Positions 18,113 through 27,710 of a DNA stretch of 64,000 nt are shown here, in pieces. Origin of the DNA: Actinomycetes bacterium (GTDB taxonomy: Bacteria; Actinomycetota; Thermoleophilia; RBG-16-64-13); assembly GCA_021372435.1 (NCBI GenBank), contig JAJFUK010000086.1, forward strand, positions 7,307 through 71,306, in the 5' to 3' direction. Under the pieces are notes generated by a model. The model made no database searches, was not told where the DNA came from, and worked only from the letters and a program-made list of their open reading frames with translations. How positions within the stretch are numbered: position 1 is the first letter of the stretch; every line of letters begins with the position of its first letter. The position numbers were made by a program, and so were the translations under genes.

Positions 18113-18577
18113 TTGTGGGGACTCGTGGACTTGATTCGCAGACTGTTGCATCGCGACCGGATGACGGGTCAGGCGGTCCGCTTTGTCATCGTAGGCGTCC
18201 TCAATACCTTCGTAGACCTCGGCGCCTTCTATCTCCTCAGTCTGATCCCGGGCATGCCTCTGGTCGCCGCCAAGGCCGTCTCGTACGTCCTGGGCATCTG
18301 CAACAGCTTCGTGTGGAACAAGTACTGGACCTTCAGCGCGCGTAGGTCTGAGCGCGGCGGCCGTGAGTTCGCCGTCTTCTTCGCCGTCAATCTGCCGCCT
18401 CTGCTGGTGAACGTCGTGGTCTTCACCCTCTTGGGGTTGTGGATCGGCTCTGGGAGCGAGGCGGTCCGGCTGGCCAAGGCCTTCGCGGCTGCTGTGGTGT
18501 CGGTGATGTGGAACTTCCTGGGGAGCCGGTATCTGGCGTTCCGGCACACGGCGCTCAAGGGGTCGCGGGATGGATGA
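18113..18577 (+). CDS. GtrA-family membrane protein
   Basis: 154 aa with 4 TM helices. Motifs: RFVIVGVLNTFVDLGAFYLL and NSFVWNKYWTF. An internal ATG (MTGQAVRF) is an equally plausible start. Confidence 0.85.
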   Translation: MWGLVDLIRRLLHRDRMTGQAVRFVIVGVLNTFVDLGAFYLLSLIPGMPLVAAKAVSYVLGICNSFVWNKYWTFSARRSERGGREFAVFFAVNLPPLLVNVVVFTLLGLWIGSGSEAVRLAKAFAAAVVSVMWNFLGSRYLAFRHTALKGSRDG

Positions 18578-19412
18578 TCCGGCCGACGTTCGCCACCCGG
18601 CGCCACCGGCGGCGGCCGGCGCAAATCCTCCCCGCTACTCGATCGTGATCCCGATCCACAATGAGGCGGAGTGTCTTAGTGAGGAGGTCGCCGAGCTGGT
18701 CGCCGAGCTGGAGGCCCACGGGGTCGACTACGAGCTGTTACTCGCGGAGAACGGCAGTTCCGACGACACTCCTGCGATTGCCGAAGCGCTGGCGGCGGCC
18801 AATCCACGTATCCGTGCGCTTCGCATCCCCGTGCCCGACTACGGAGCGGCCATGAAGACCGGCATGCTGACCGGGCGTGGCGAACTCATCGTCAACTTCG
18901 ATATCGACTTCCACGACGTCGATTTCATGGTCAAGGCGGGTGAGATCCTCCTCGGGGCGAGGGAGACCGCCGGAGGGGAGCGGGCCGGGTGGGCCAGTGC
19001 AACCGGGGCCGAGGTCACCGGCGGTGCCGCTCCCGGCATAGTGGTCGGCAGCAAGCTGATGGAAGGGTCGGAGGACCGCCGCTCGGCCGCGCGGCACTTC
19101 GTGTCCCTTGGATTCACCACGATCCTACGGATGTTGTTCGACCGGCGGATGGACGACACCCACGGCGTGAAGGTCCTTCGCCGCGAGGTGGTGGAGCGTT
19201 ATGCTCCCCAGACGATGATGACCCGGGACCTTTTCGATACCGAACTGATCATCCGTGCCCGCCGGGGCGGCGTCATGGTGAAGCCGCTCCCGGTGACCGT
19301 CGAGGAGAAGAGGAAACCTCGTTCTTCCATAGCGCGTCGCATTCCGCGTACAATGAAGAGCCTCATCAGGTTGCGGATAGCATTGTGGAAGGAGGGGAGC
19401 GCTGGAACCTGA
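18570..19412 (+). CDS. family-2 glycosyltransferase (polyprenyl-phosphate sugar synthase-like)
   Basis: YSIVIPIHNEAECL, LLAENGSSDDT, IVNFDIDF(H)D (DxD region). Overlaps the gtrA-like stop by 8 nt. Confidence 0.88.
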   Translation: MDDPADVRHPAPPAAAGANPPRYSIVIPIHNEAECLSEEVAELVAELEAHGVDYELLLAENGSSDDTPAIAEALAAANPRIRALRIPVPDYGAAMKTGMLTGRGELIVNFDIDFHDVDFMVKAGEILLGARETAGGERAGWASATGAEVTGGAAPGIVVGSKLMEGSEDRRSAARHFVSLGFTTILRMLFDRRMDDTHGVKVLRREVVERYAPQTMMTRDLFDTELIIRARRGGVMVKPLPVTVEEKRKPRSSIARRIPRTMKSLIRLRIALWKEGSAGT

Positions 19413-19461
19413 CGCGCCGGAGAGGGAAGATCTAGTCGAAAAAGGGAGCATCCGGGACTGG

Positions 19462-21621
19462 GTGCCCACGCTTCTCGCCTTCTTGGCGATCTACGCCGTT
19501 CTCCTCACCTTCTACAAGCCCAACCTGCTTTTCAGTCTCACCACGACCGCCGGCGGTGACACCGGCGCCCATCACTATCCGGCGCAGTACCTGATCCAGG
19601 AACTTCTGCCGAATTTCCGCCTCACCGGCTGGGCCCCCGGGTGGTACGCGGGCATGCCCATGCTCACGTTCTACTTCCCGTTCCCCTTCCTGCTGATCGC
19701 CATCCTCGATTGGTTCATCCCGTACCAGATAGCGTTCAAGATCGTCACGGTGCTCGGGGTCTTCGCCCTCCCTGCCGCGGCGTACGCTCTGGGGCGCCTG
19801 TGGAGGGTACGACGCCCGTTCCCCGCCCTGGCGGCCGTCATGGCCCTGGCCTTCCTTCTCATGGAGAGCTATTCCATCTACGGAGCCAACATCCTCAGCA
19901 CCCTGGCGGGCGAATTCGGATACATGCTGAGCTTCGCGCTGGTATTCCTCTTCCTGGGCACCGTGCATAGGGGGATGGAGAAGCCCGGCTTCAACATGCT
20001 CTTCGTGCTCAACTGTCTCATCCTGATGGCGCTGGTCCTCTCGCACATAGTAACGACCATCGTTCTGGTGTGTCTCGTGCCCGGGCTCCTGCTCGTGAAC
20101 CCGCGCTGGCGGTCGCTGGGTTATCTGGTCGCCGTGGCGGCGGTCGGCTTCTGTCTCAGCGCCTTCTGGTCGCTGCCGTTCGCCGGGAACCTGGAGTGGA
20201 CGGCCCACATGGCCTGGAACCAGCTGGACTCGATCAAGGACCTGCTGCCGACTGCGCTGTTGCCCGCGGCCGGTCTGGGTCTCGTAGGCATGGCCTACGC
20301 CGTTGCGCGCAAGGAGAAGAAGCTCCTACCGTTGGCTTGGATCACCTTCGTCACCCTGGTGCTCTTCTGGGTCCTGCCCGATGGTCGTCTTTGGAACGCG
20401 CGCATCCTGCCCTTCTTCTATTTCTCCATCCACTTGTGGGCGGCGTACGGCGCCACCTGGCTGGTGCGGCCTTTCATGGTGATGATGCACGACCTGTTCC
20501 GCCTACGCGGCCTGACCGCGCGGCGGATCTACGTGCCCGTGGTCGCGGTGGTCATCGGAGTAATCCTTATTCTGACCAGCACGACGGCCGCCGGCTGGAT
20601 CAAGTGGAACTACTCGGGCTATGAGGGTAAACCGATGTGGAGCCAGTACAAACAGATCAATGATTTCCTGAATACGTTGGAACCGGGCCGGGTGATGGTC
20701 GAGCACGGTCAGAAGCTGGACGAGTTCGGTACTCCTCGCGCGTTTGAGATCATCCCCTACTGGACCGATCTCGACACCATGGAAGGTACTCTGATGGAGG
20801 CTTCCTACACGGCTCCCTTCCATTTCATCAACCAGGCGGAGCTGTCCAAAGAGGCCAGCAATGCCATCATCGGTGTCGATTACCCGGGTCTCGACGTACC
20901 GATGGGCATCACTCATCTGCAGCTCATGAACATCCCCTACTTCATGACATTCTCCGAGGAGGTCACAAGCCAGGTCAAGGCCGACCCGCGGGCCGAGCTC
21001 TTGGCCGTCTTCGGCGACTACAACATCTTCCGCATATCCGGCTGCACCGGCTATGTCGAAGTGATGGAGAACCAGCCTGTTCGTCTCCAGGTCGAGCAGA
21101 GCGGGTGGCGCGATGTGGCCGTCGAGTGGTACCGGAACGAGGCGGATCTCACCACTCCGCTCGTGTGGGACAGGGGGGAAGAAGCTCTTCGCCGCTACGG
21201 ATCCATCACTCCCGACCAGATCTCCGCCTTGCCGGTGACCCCGGTCACGGCGGAGGGCTCCGTCACCAACGAGCGGCTGGAGAACGAGCGTCTCTCCTTC
21301 GATACGACCGCGGTCGGACAGCCGCATTGGATCAAGATCTCCTACTTCCCTAACTGGCACGTCGAGGGCGCGGAAGGGCCATATCTGGCTTCACCGTCGA
21401 TGATGATGGTCATCCCTACCCAGAGTCATGTCACTCTCTACTACGGGCGCACCGCAGCCAATACGGTCGGTCAAGTGTTGGAGGTTCTCGCCTGGATCCT
21501 TCTGTTAGGCCTCACCGCCTGGCGTACGGTACTGTGGCGTAGACGGAGACGATTGGCGGGTGCGGTGCAGAAGTCCGAGCCCGGCGTTGAGGGCAGGGAC
21601 GAAGCCCGTCGGGACCTTTAG
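19462..21621 (+). CDS. large polytopic membrane protein, putative GT-C-type glycosyltransferase
   Basis: 719 aa. About 12 or more N-terminal TM helices followed by a ~330-aa soluble domain and a C-terminal TM helix. The N-terminal GGDTGAHHYPAQYL...GWAPGWYAGMP resembles the uncharacterised membrane family often mislabelled as 6-pyruvoyl-tetrahydropterin-synthase-related. The function is inferred from GtrA/GT2 context. Confidence 0.75.
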   Translation: MPTLLAFLAIYAVLLTFYKPNLLFSLTTTAGGDTGAHHYPAQYLIQELLPNFRLTGWAPGWYAGMPMLTFYFPFPFLLIAILDWFIPYQIAFKIVTVLGVFALPAAAYALGRLWRVRRPFPALAAVMALAFLLMESYSIYGANILSTLAGEFGYMLSFALVFLFLGTVHRGMEKPGFNMLFVLNCLILMALVLSHIVTTIVLVCLVPGLLLVNPRWRSLGYLVAVAAVGFCLSAFWSLPFAGNLEWTAHMAWNQLDSIKDLLPTALLPAAGLGLVGMAYAVARKEKKLLPLAWITFVTLVLFWVLPDGRLWNARILPFFYFSIHLWAAYGATWLVRPFMVMMHDLFRLRGLTARRIYVPVVAVVIGVILILTSTTAAGWIKWNYSGYEGKPMWSQYKQINDFLNTLEPGRVMVEHGQKLDEFGTPRAFEIIPYWTDLDTMEGTLMEASYTAPFHFINQAELSKEASNAIIGVDYPGLDVPMGITHLQLMNIPYFMTFSEEVTSQVKADPRAELLAVFGDYNIFRISGCTGYVEVMENQPVRLQVEQSGWRDVAVEWYRNEADLTTPLVWDRGEEALRRYGSITPDQISALPVTPVTAEGSVTNERLENERLSFDTTAVGQPHWIKISYFPNWHVEGAEGPYLASPSMMMVIPTQSHVTLYYGRTAANTVGQVLEVLAWILLLGLTAWRTVLWRRRRRLAGAVQKSEPGVEGRDEARRDL

Positions 21622-21670
21622 CGGCACCCAAGCCGCCCGCCGGCCCCTCGAGGCGCTTGACTGCTCCATC

Positions 21671-21725
21671 CAAGATGAAGCCACCGCTGCCCAGTGCAAC
21701 CGGAACGGCGCTGCTTTATCTTGAA
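21671..21725. repeat. palindromic intergenic repeat, copy C (short, internally deleted)
   Basis: CAAGATGAAGCCACCGCTGCCCAGTGC ... GGCGCTGCTTTATCTTGAA. Both arms match the ends of copies A and B and pair with each other. Lies between convergent gene ends (21621 and 21734). Confidence 0.65.
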
Positions 21726-21733
21726 TGCAGTTC

Positions 21734-22636
21734 TCAGGGTACGGGGATGCCGGACTCGCACGGCACGCCGGTCTGGCACAAGCCGCAACCGTAACCGTCG
21801 AACCCGTACTCATGCTTCACGTAGTCTGCCGTCGCCGACTCGAGATGCTGGGCGCACGCCTTCTTGTCGCGGCCGCCCGGGGTGACTGAGCCCACCGGGC
21901 AGCGGTCCACGCACGCGGTGCACGAACGGTCGTGATAGAAGAGGCAATAGGCGAAGGGATCGGAGTACGAACGGGCAGTGGACGGGATGGCGGCGTGGAC
22001 GACGAGAGAGCCGAACCGGGCCGCCTGGCCTCGCTCCGTGATCAAGCCGCCGCACAGGCTGAACGTGCCCAGACCCGAGACATAGGCTACATGGCGCTCA
22101 GACCAGGTAGACGCCCGGCCGTAGGTGGGCGATTCGGTCTCCGTCCACTCGGGAAGCAGCGCCGGGGCGACGGCGGCGTACCCTTCGCTCGCCAGAGCCT
22201 TCACCAAAGCTCTTTGCAGGGAACGGCCGCACTTCTGACCGTAGATGCGGGACCGGGCCCAAGGTTCAGAGGGGAAACGGGTCTGGGCGCGATTCGCCTT
22301 CTTGGTGGCTTCGGTCTGGCAGAGCGCCCAACTGACCACGGTGAGTTCGTCCGGGCGCGGGTTGCCGGGGCCGGCGGCGGATGGCCCGCCGGCGGCGTCG
22401 TGGGCCTCCGCGGCCGCGGTCTGCGCAGCCGGCCAACCGAGGGTGAAGGCCTCTGCAGGCGACCAATGGAACTCACCGATGTGCTCCTTCAAGAAGTCAT
22501 AGAGGGGGTCGGCGCCGTTTGAGAAGCCGAGCACGAAACCATCCCAGGCTTGGTCGGTGGTGCCTGGACCGAGGTTGTTCTTCTCGGGGTCGGCGAGGAA
22601 CTCCTGGATAAAACGCGCTATGAACGCCCGAAGCAT
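21734..22636 (-). CDS. 4Fe-4S protein of the epoxyqueuosine-reductase (QueG)/reductive-dehalogenase-like family
   Basis: 300 aa. The C-terminal part reads HVAYVSGLGTFSLCGGLITERG...RFGS, then CTACVDRCP and CGLCQTGVPC cluster motifs. Family-level call only. Confidence 0.65.
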   Translation of the reverse strand: MLRAFIARFIQEFLADPEKNNLGPGTTDQAWDGFVLGFSNGADPLYDFLKEHIGEFHWSPAEAFTLGWPAAQTAAAEAHDAAGGPSAAGPGNPRPDELTVVSWALCQTEATKKANRAQTRFPSEPWARSRIYGQKCGRSLQRALVKALASEGYAAVAPALLPEWTETESPTYGRASTWSERHVAYVSGLGTFSLCGGLITERGQAARFGSLVVHAAIPSTARSYSDPFAYCLFYHDRSCTACVDRCPVGSVTPGGRDKKACAQHLESATADYVKHEYGFDGYGCGLCQTGVPCESGIPVP

Positions 22637-23043
22637 TAGTCCGTCGCCAGAGGGATCAGCCGGATCGTGCGCGTCCGCGGGCCGTCGAACTCGGCCAGGT
22701 AGATGCTTTGCCAGGTGCCCAGACGGAGACGCCCCTGTTGCACAGGCACGGCCACATGGCTCCCCACCAACCCAGCCTTGATGTGCGCATCGGAATTGCC
22801 TTCACTGTGCCGGTAGCCCGCTTCCCGAGGAACGAGCCGGGCCAGCCCTTCGATGATGTCGCGGGCGACGGACGGATCGGCGCCTTCGTTGATCGTCACT
22901 CCCGCCGTGGTGTGCGGCACGAAGACGCTTAACATGCCGTTCAATCCGGGGGCCGATTCTGCGAGCGCGCTCTGGATCCGCGCGGTGATGTCCACGAGCA
23001 CCTCGCGGGCCGGTGTGCCGACCCGTAGTTCCATCACCGGCAT
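22636..23043 (-). CDS. YjbQ/UPF0047 family protein (secondary thiamine-phosphate synthase-like)
   Basis: MPVMELRVGT...VFVPHTTAGVTINEGADP...HSEGNSDAHIKAGLVG...LGTWQSIYLAEFDGPR. The stop shares 1 nt with the next start. Confidence 0.88.
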   Translation of the reverse strand: MPVMELRVGTPAREVLVDITARIQSALAESAPGLNGMLSVFVPHTTAGVTINEGADPSVARDIIEGLARLVPREAGYRHSEGNSDAHIKAGLVGSHVAVPVQQGRLRLGTWQSIYLAEFDGPRTRTIRLIPLATD

Positions 23044-23125
23044 GCCGGCCCCCTCTCCGCTGATACTCCGGCATGGAAGCGCGCGGCGTCGGGACACGCA
23101 CCGCCGAGCAGCCGGGTCGTCGAAG

Positions 23126-23198
23126 TGGAGGTAAGGGGACTCGAACCCCTGGCCTTCGCGATGCGAACGCGACGCTCTCCCAACTGAGCTATACCCCC
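23126..23198 (-). tRNA. tRNA-Ala (anticodon CGC)
   Basis: The reverse complement GGGGGTATAGCTCAGTTGGGAGAGCGTCGCGTTCGCATCGCGAAGGCCAGGGGTTCGAGTCCCCTTACCTCCA folds as a cloverleaf. The anticodon loop is TTCGCAT. The G3:U70 alanine identity pair and GTTCGAGTC T-loop are present. CCA is not encoded. Confidence 0.95.
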
Positions 23199-23218
23199 AG
23201 GAAGACTCACGGCCGCGT

Positions 23219-23226
23219 ATTTATAG
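23219..23226 (-). promoter_or_regulatory. candidate -10 (TATAAAT) for tRNA-Ala
   Basis: This is the only AT-rich hexamer in the spacer, ~22 nt upstream of the mature tRNA 5' end on the minus strand. Confidence 0.3.
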
Positions 23227-23272
23227 CACACGCGTGCGTTGCCATACACGCCATGCCGCTGGAGATGGGACC

Positions 23273-24040
23273 TCAGGCGCCTTCGCCGCGCTTTCTCAGG
23301 AAGGGCTCCACCAGTTCGATGGGGATGGGGAAGATCGTGGTCGAGTTCTTCTCGGTCGCGATCTCGGCCAGAGTCTGGAGATAACGCAACTGGATGGCGG
23401 CCGGGGTCCTCGAGAGCACCACGGCGGCCTGCTCGAGCTTCTCCGAGGCCTGATACTCGCCTTCGGCGGCGATGACCTTGGCCCGTCGTTCCCGCTCTGC
23501 TTCAGCCTGGCGCGCCATCGCCCGCTGCATACCGGCGGGGATCTCGACGTCCTTGATCTCCACGATGCTCACCTTCACACCCCAGGGATCGGTCTGTTCA
23601 TCGATGATCTCCTGCAGCCGGGTGTTCAGCTTGTCGCGCTCAGTCAGAAGGTGGTCGAGGTCGGATTGCCCGAGGACGCTCCGCAGCGTGGTCTGGGCGA
23701 TCTGGGAGGTGGCCACCACGTAGTTCTGCACCTGTATGACGGCTTTCGTCGGGTCGATGACCCGGAAATACGCCACGGCATTGACCTTGACCGGGACGTT
23801 GTCCTTGGTGATGACCTCTTGGGCCGGCACATCCATAGTGATCGTCCGGAGGTCGACCCGCACGACCCTGTCGACTATCGGGATGATCAAGAAGATCCCC
23901 GGACCCTTGGGCGGGTTAATGCGCCCCAGGCGGAAGATCACTCCCCGTTGGTACTCCGGAAAGACCTTGATCGCCGCCGACAGGATGATTATCAGCAGCA
24001 CGACGATGATGACGATGATCGCTATGGTGCCTGTGTCCAT
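23273..24040 (-). CDS. SPFH/band-7 (stomatin-like) membrane protein
   Basis: 255 aa with an N-terminal TM helix. Motifs: [27 protein letters not shown], and a coiled-coil [15 protein letters not shown] region. Confidence 0.92.
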   Translation of the reverse strand: MDTGTIAIIVIIVVLLIIILSAAIKVFPEYQRGVIFRLGRINPPKGPGIFLIIPIVDRVVRVDLRTITMDVPAQEVITKDNVPVKVNAVAYFRVIDPTKAVIQVQNYVVATSQIAQTTLRSVLGQSDLDHLLTERDKLNTRLQEIIDEQTDPWGVKVSIVEIKDVEIPAGMQRAMARQAEAERERRAKVIAAEGEYQASEKLEQAAVVLSRTPAAIQLRYLQTLAEIATEKNSTTIFPIPIELVEPFLRKRGEGA

Positions 24041-24058
24041 GAATCCTCCCTTGGTGTG

Positions 24059-25570
24059 CTACGCCTTTCCCGTCGAGGGACCCGCGTCCGGCTCGGCGAG
24101 CCGCCGCACGATCAACGTGAGTCCTTCTACTTTAAGTACCTCGACCGGCTCGTCTTTATTCAGGATGCCTTCTTCCGTTCGCGCCTTCCAGATCTCGCCC
24201 TGCAGGCGCACCCGTCCTTCAGGGCTGAGGGGTGAGACCGCCACCGCGGTCGCCCCCACCATGCTTTCCAGGCCGGTGGCATGGGGACGGCGCATCGACC
24301 GGGCTACCTTCGTGATCACCAAGGCAAAGAACAGGAGCACGATGACCGCCGCCGCGATAAGTACCGGCCAACTCACTTTGAGAAAGGATGCCGACGTGTT
24401 GAACAGGAGCAGTCCGCCGGCGATGAGGGACGCGGTCCCCCCTATGCCTAAGATGCCGTGGCTTTGGACCTTGATCTCGGCTATGTACAGGATCATGGCC
24501 AACACGATGAGCGCGATCCCCGCCAGATTGACCGGTAGCACCTGAAAAGCGTAGAAGGCCAGGATGAGGCAGATGACCCCTGCTATCCCCGAGCCCCCCA
24601 GTCCTGGCGTAGAGAGCTCCATGATGATCCCCAGGACTCCTATGGTCATGAGGATGTAGGCGATGTCGGGGTTGGCGACGGTATGCAGGAAGCGCTGCAC
24701 CCAACCCATGCCCACCTCCTTGATGGGCGCTCCGGCGGTCCGCAGGGTCAGGTTCTTGGGAGTCGTCACGTAGCCGTCGATGGCGGCTAAGAGCGAGGGC
24801 AGATCTTCAGCTACGAATTCGATCACGTTCTGCTCCAGAGCATCCTCGGCGGGAAGTGAGACGGCTTCTCGGACCGCCTTCTCGGCCCACTCGGCGTTTC
24901 GCCCGTGACTGGTGGCCAGCCCCACGATGTACGCCGCGGCGTCGTTGGTGACCTTAGCCTGCATGGTCTCGTCCATGTCCCCGGTGAGCGAAACGGGCGT
25001 AGCCGCTCCCAGATTGGTCTGAGGGGCCATGGCCGCCACATCGGAGCCCATGAGGATGTAGAGACCGGCCGAAGCCGCCCTCGCCCCCTGCGGATACACA
25101 TAGAAGACGATGGGGATGGGAGAGTCGATCTCAGCCTGGATTATGTCGCGCATGGAAGTGTCGAGGCCACCGGGGGTGTCGATCTGGATCACGAGCGCGG
25201 CCGCCCCGGCCTCGGCCGCTTCCTGCATGGTGTCGACAAGGTATCCGGCCATAGCCGGGTCGACGATGCCGTCGACTTCAGTGACCCAGACGGCTCCACG
25301 CGTGTCTTCGGCGGCGCCGCTTCCCAAGGCTGAACCAAGGGCGGCCGTCTTTCCCCCCGAGGGGAAAAGCAGCCAGGTGACGGCGGTCACGAGGACCAAC
25401 AGGGCGACCATCAAGACGGCGGACGCAGCCGGGCGGATCGCCTTTCTCGAGCGACGCGAGCCGTCCGGCCTTCGGGGCCCACGCGGCCCGCGCGACGCTC
25501 CGTTCTCGGCTTCGCGCGGGGCCCTGCCGGCCGCACCGCGCGGCGCTCGGTCCGGCACCCTGCGCATCAT
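24059..25570 (-). CDS. NfeD-family membrane-bound serine protease (ClpP-class)
   Basis: 503 aa. Contains a ClpP-like domain (IDTPGGLDTSMRDI, ARAASAGLYI), 4-5 TM helices and a C-terminal NfeD OB domain (GRVRLQGEIWKAR). Lies directly upstream of the SPFH gene, the classical pairing. Confidence 0.9.
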   Translation of the reverse strand: MMRRVPDRAPRGAAGRAPREAENGASRGPRGPRRPDGSRRSRKAIRPAASAVLMVALLVLVTAVTWLLFPSGGKTAALGSALGSGAAEDTRGAVWVTEVDGIVDPAMAGYLVDTMQEAAEAGAAALVIQIDTPGGLDTSMRDIIQAEIDSPIPIVFYVYPQGARAASAGLYILMGSDVAAMAPQTNLGAATPVSLTGDMDETMQAKVTNDAAAYIVGLATSHGRNAEWAEKAVREAVSLPAEDALEQNVIEFVAEDLPSLLAAIDGYVTTPKNLTLRTAGAPIKEVGMGWVQRFLHTVANPDIAYILMTIGVLGIIMELSTPGLGGSGIAGVICLILAFYAFQVLPVNLAGIALIVLAMILYIAEIKVQSHGILGIGGTASLIAGGLLLFNTSASFLKVSWPVLIAAAVIVLLFFALVITKVARSMRRPHATGLESMVGATAVAVSPLSPEGRVRLQGEIWKARTEEGILNKDEPVEVLKVEGLTLIVRRLAEPDAGPSTGKA

Positions 25571-26208
25571 GCCCCCCGGTGCGTCCAGGCGGCCGGACTG
25601 GGCGTCGGCTCATTGTGCAGCATGCGTCTTACCGCCGTCTCTAGGCGGTCGACCAGAGAGAGGAGACCGCGGAGGTCGGCCCGCATCAGGACGAGCTCGC
25701 CGCTTTTCGTGACTTCCGCGAAGCCGTTGGCCACCAGGAGGTCGACCGAAAAGAACCGGCACGCGCCCGGGTCGTCACGATCGCCATCGGACTCCGCCAG
25801 CGCGTAGACCTCCTCCATCCCCCGGCTCTTCAAGTGGGCCATGGCTTTCTGGAGTACCCGCTTAGCCTGGGAGCGAGGCTGGCCGTCCGCCAAGGTCAGG
25901 CAGAAGAGCAATGCGGCGGCCTCAGGCAGAGGACCGAAGGGGAGCTCACGTAGACGTGGGACGGCAGCGGTGGGAGCGAAGCTGATCGAGGCATGGACCG
26001 TGGGCGTCGGTCCCCCCGTTGCATCCGACAACAGGAAACCGCTGGTGCCCCAGCTGGTCTCAAGGTGAGCCATCCACCGGTGCCGCTTCTCGACCGCGTC
26101 CTGAGCCGAGCATCGCTGACTGCCGACGGTCTGCCACCAGACACAAGACCGACAGGGAATGGGCAAGAGCCCTTGCCGGAAAGCGCAGAGGGGGAGGTAC
26201 TCCGACAT
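25567..26208 (-). CDS. hypothetical protein, N-terminal Cys motif plus GNAT-like C-terminal region
   Basis: 213 aa. Motif: CAFRQGLLPIPCRSCVWWQ. The C-terminal part has an acetyltransferase-like layout (RVLQKAMAHLKSRGMEEVYALA...FFSVDLLVANGF). Its stop overlaps the nfeD start by 4 nt. Confidence 0.55.
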   Translation of the reverse strand: MSEYLPLCAFRQGLLPIPCRSCVWWQTVGSQRCSAQDAVEKRHRWMAHLETSWGTSGFLLSDATGGPTPTVHASISFAPTAAVPRLRELPFGPLPEAAALLFCLTLADGQPRSQAKRVLQKAMAHLKSRGMEEVYALAESDGDRDDPGACRFFSVDLLVANGFAEVTKSGELVLMRADLRGLLSLVDRLETAVRRMLHNEPTPSPAAWTHRGA

Positions 26209-26211
26209 CGC

Positions 26212-26646
26212 CTATCTCTCCTGCGAGGTATCGACCTCCATCGGCCCGGCTATCCCATCGACGAAGAGGGTCACTGTGTCGACTCCGATGTTGAGCAGGG
26301 CCGTGACCCTCTCGCGCACGGCTCTCTCGACGTCGCGGGCCAGTTCCGGGATCACTGTACCCCAGGCCACCCGCACGTGTATGTCGACATGCACACTCCC
26401 GGGAGCGGAGTCTTTCACCACCACCCCGCCCGAATGCGTTTCGCGCACGCGAGAAGAGAGGCCTTTCCACGGTGAGCTGTGCAGATCGACGACTCCGTGT
26501 ACAGAGCGGGCGGCGTCGGCGACATAGCTCGCGATCACCTCGTGTGAGACCGAAGGCCCTTCTTGGTCGGCGAACTGAGCTTCGGCGTACTGGATCGGAG
26601 TGACGGGAAGGTCTCCGGAGTAGCTCTCATCCTGCGAGTCGACCAT
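26212..26646 (-). CDS. Asp23/Gls24-family envelope stress protein
   Basis: 144 aa. Motifs: VIASYVADAARSVHGVVDL, VDIHVRVAWGTVIPELARDVERAVRERV. Confidence 0.85.
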   Translation of the reverse strand: MVDSQDESYSGDLPVTPIQYAEAQFADQEGPSVSHEVIASYVADAARSVHGVVDLHSSPWKGLSSRVRETHSGGVVVKDSAPGSVHVDIHVRVAWGTVIPELARDVERAVRERVTALLNIGVDTVTLFVDGIAGPMEVDTSQER

Positions 26647-26659
26647 AAGCGTCCCCTGT

Positions 26660-27658
26660 TCACGTGGATCTATCCGCCTGCGCGGGCCCCTCAGAGGAAG
26701 TGTATACCAATCTCCATAAGGTCGCCTCCGGCCTGGTCAGAAGGCGAAGAGGCAAGAAACTGGTACCGATCCCCCGTGACACCACCAGCGTGCCGGCGCC
26801 CCACCGGTGGACTCCTCCGAGGTATACATCGTCCTTCATGTGGACCGGCGTAAGACCGGAAGGTCCGGGGACCCGCAGCTGGCCTCCATGGGTATGCCCG
26901 GCAAAAACCAAGGGGAATGCCGTCAGAGGTGAGTCCGCGGCGGGCGGATCGTGGATCAGCAGTATGGGGAAGATCGCGGCCGGCGGTCCACCGGCGCCGG
27001 CCGCAGCCGGCGCCTCATGGCCCGGTCCCCGGCCGGCGGCGTGCAGGACGCTACCCTCTGCGGGCAGTCCGAAGCCCCCACTGACGTAGTCGGCGCCGCA
27101 GATCAGGACGCTGGTCCCCTCGCGGGCCGGGAGAGTCACGCATGAATCGGAGAGGAGCGTGACCCCGGCCTCGGTCCAGAGACCGGCGGCGTCACGGGAG
27201 CGCGCAAGGGGGGCTTTGCTCAGGCCGTACTCGTGGTTGCCTGTCACGGCGAACATACCGAGGGGAGGGTGGAGCCGGCCGAGCAGCTCGAGACAGGTCT
27301 TGCTTCGCTTGGGGTCTCCCACGATATCTCCGGTGAGAAAGACCAGGTCGGGTCCCGCGGCCTCCGCCCAGCGGACGACCTTGGCCAAGCTGCGTGCGTT
27401 ACTCATGAACGTACCGGCATGGACGTCGGAGAGGTGAAGGACGGTCAAGCCCGACCAGGGGAGTGGAAGGCCGGGGACCGGTAGATCCGCCCTGCGGCAA
27501 CGTACCCACTGGGCCTCGAAGGCCATGTATGCGACCGACAGGACGCCGGCAAGCGCCAGCCCGGTCAGCACTCGTTGCGCCCGCCGGCCGGCGGACGCGA
27601 CTCTCTCACGGTCGGGCGCGTGTGACGGCCGGTCGGGGATGTTACTGGGTCCAGCCAT
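26660..27658 (-). CDS. metallophosphoesterase (YaeI-like)
   Basis: N-terminal TM helix. Motifs: HLSDVHAG, LTGDIVGD, VTGNHEY, AGHTHGGQ. The start is uncertain (27658 vs 27742). Confidence 0.85.
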   Translation of the reverse strand: MAGPSNIPDRPSHAPDRERVASAGRRAQRVLTGLALAGVLSVAYMAFEAQWVRCRRADLPVPGLPLPWSGLTVLHLSDVHAGTFMSNARSLAKVVRWAEAAGPDLVFLTGDIVGDPKRSKTCLELLGRLHPPLGMFAVTGNHEYGLSKAPLARSRDAAGLWTEAGVTLLSDSCVTLPAREGTSVLICGADYVSGGFGLPAEGSVLHAAGRGPGHEAPAAAGAGGPPAAIFPILLIHDPPAADSPLTAFPLVFAGHTHGGQLRVPGPSGLTPVHMKDDVYLGGVHRWGAGTLVVSRGIGTSFLPLRLLTRPEATLWRLVYTSSEGPAQADRST

Positions 27659-27710
27659 GAGTCGTATGGTACCCCGGGGCGTCGAGGTCGGTGGTATGGT
27701 GAGGGTCGCG

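Noticed and set aside
25567-26208. Possibility of further in-frame TGA (Sec) genes among neighbouring ORF pairs (checked nfeD region, fixX/fixA, the Fe-S flavoproteins, QueG-like, DUF6485)
   Set aside because: None of these adjacent same-strand ORF pairs is in frame across a TGA with a Cys-motif alignment. Only 54172..54639 fits.
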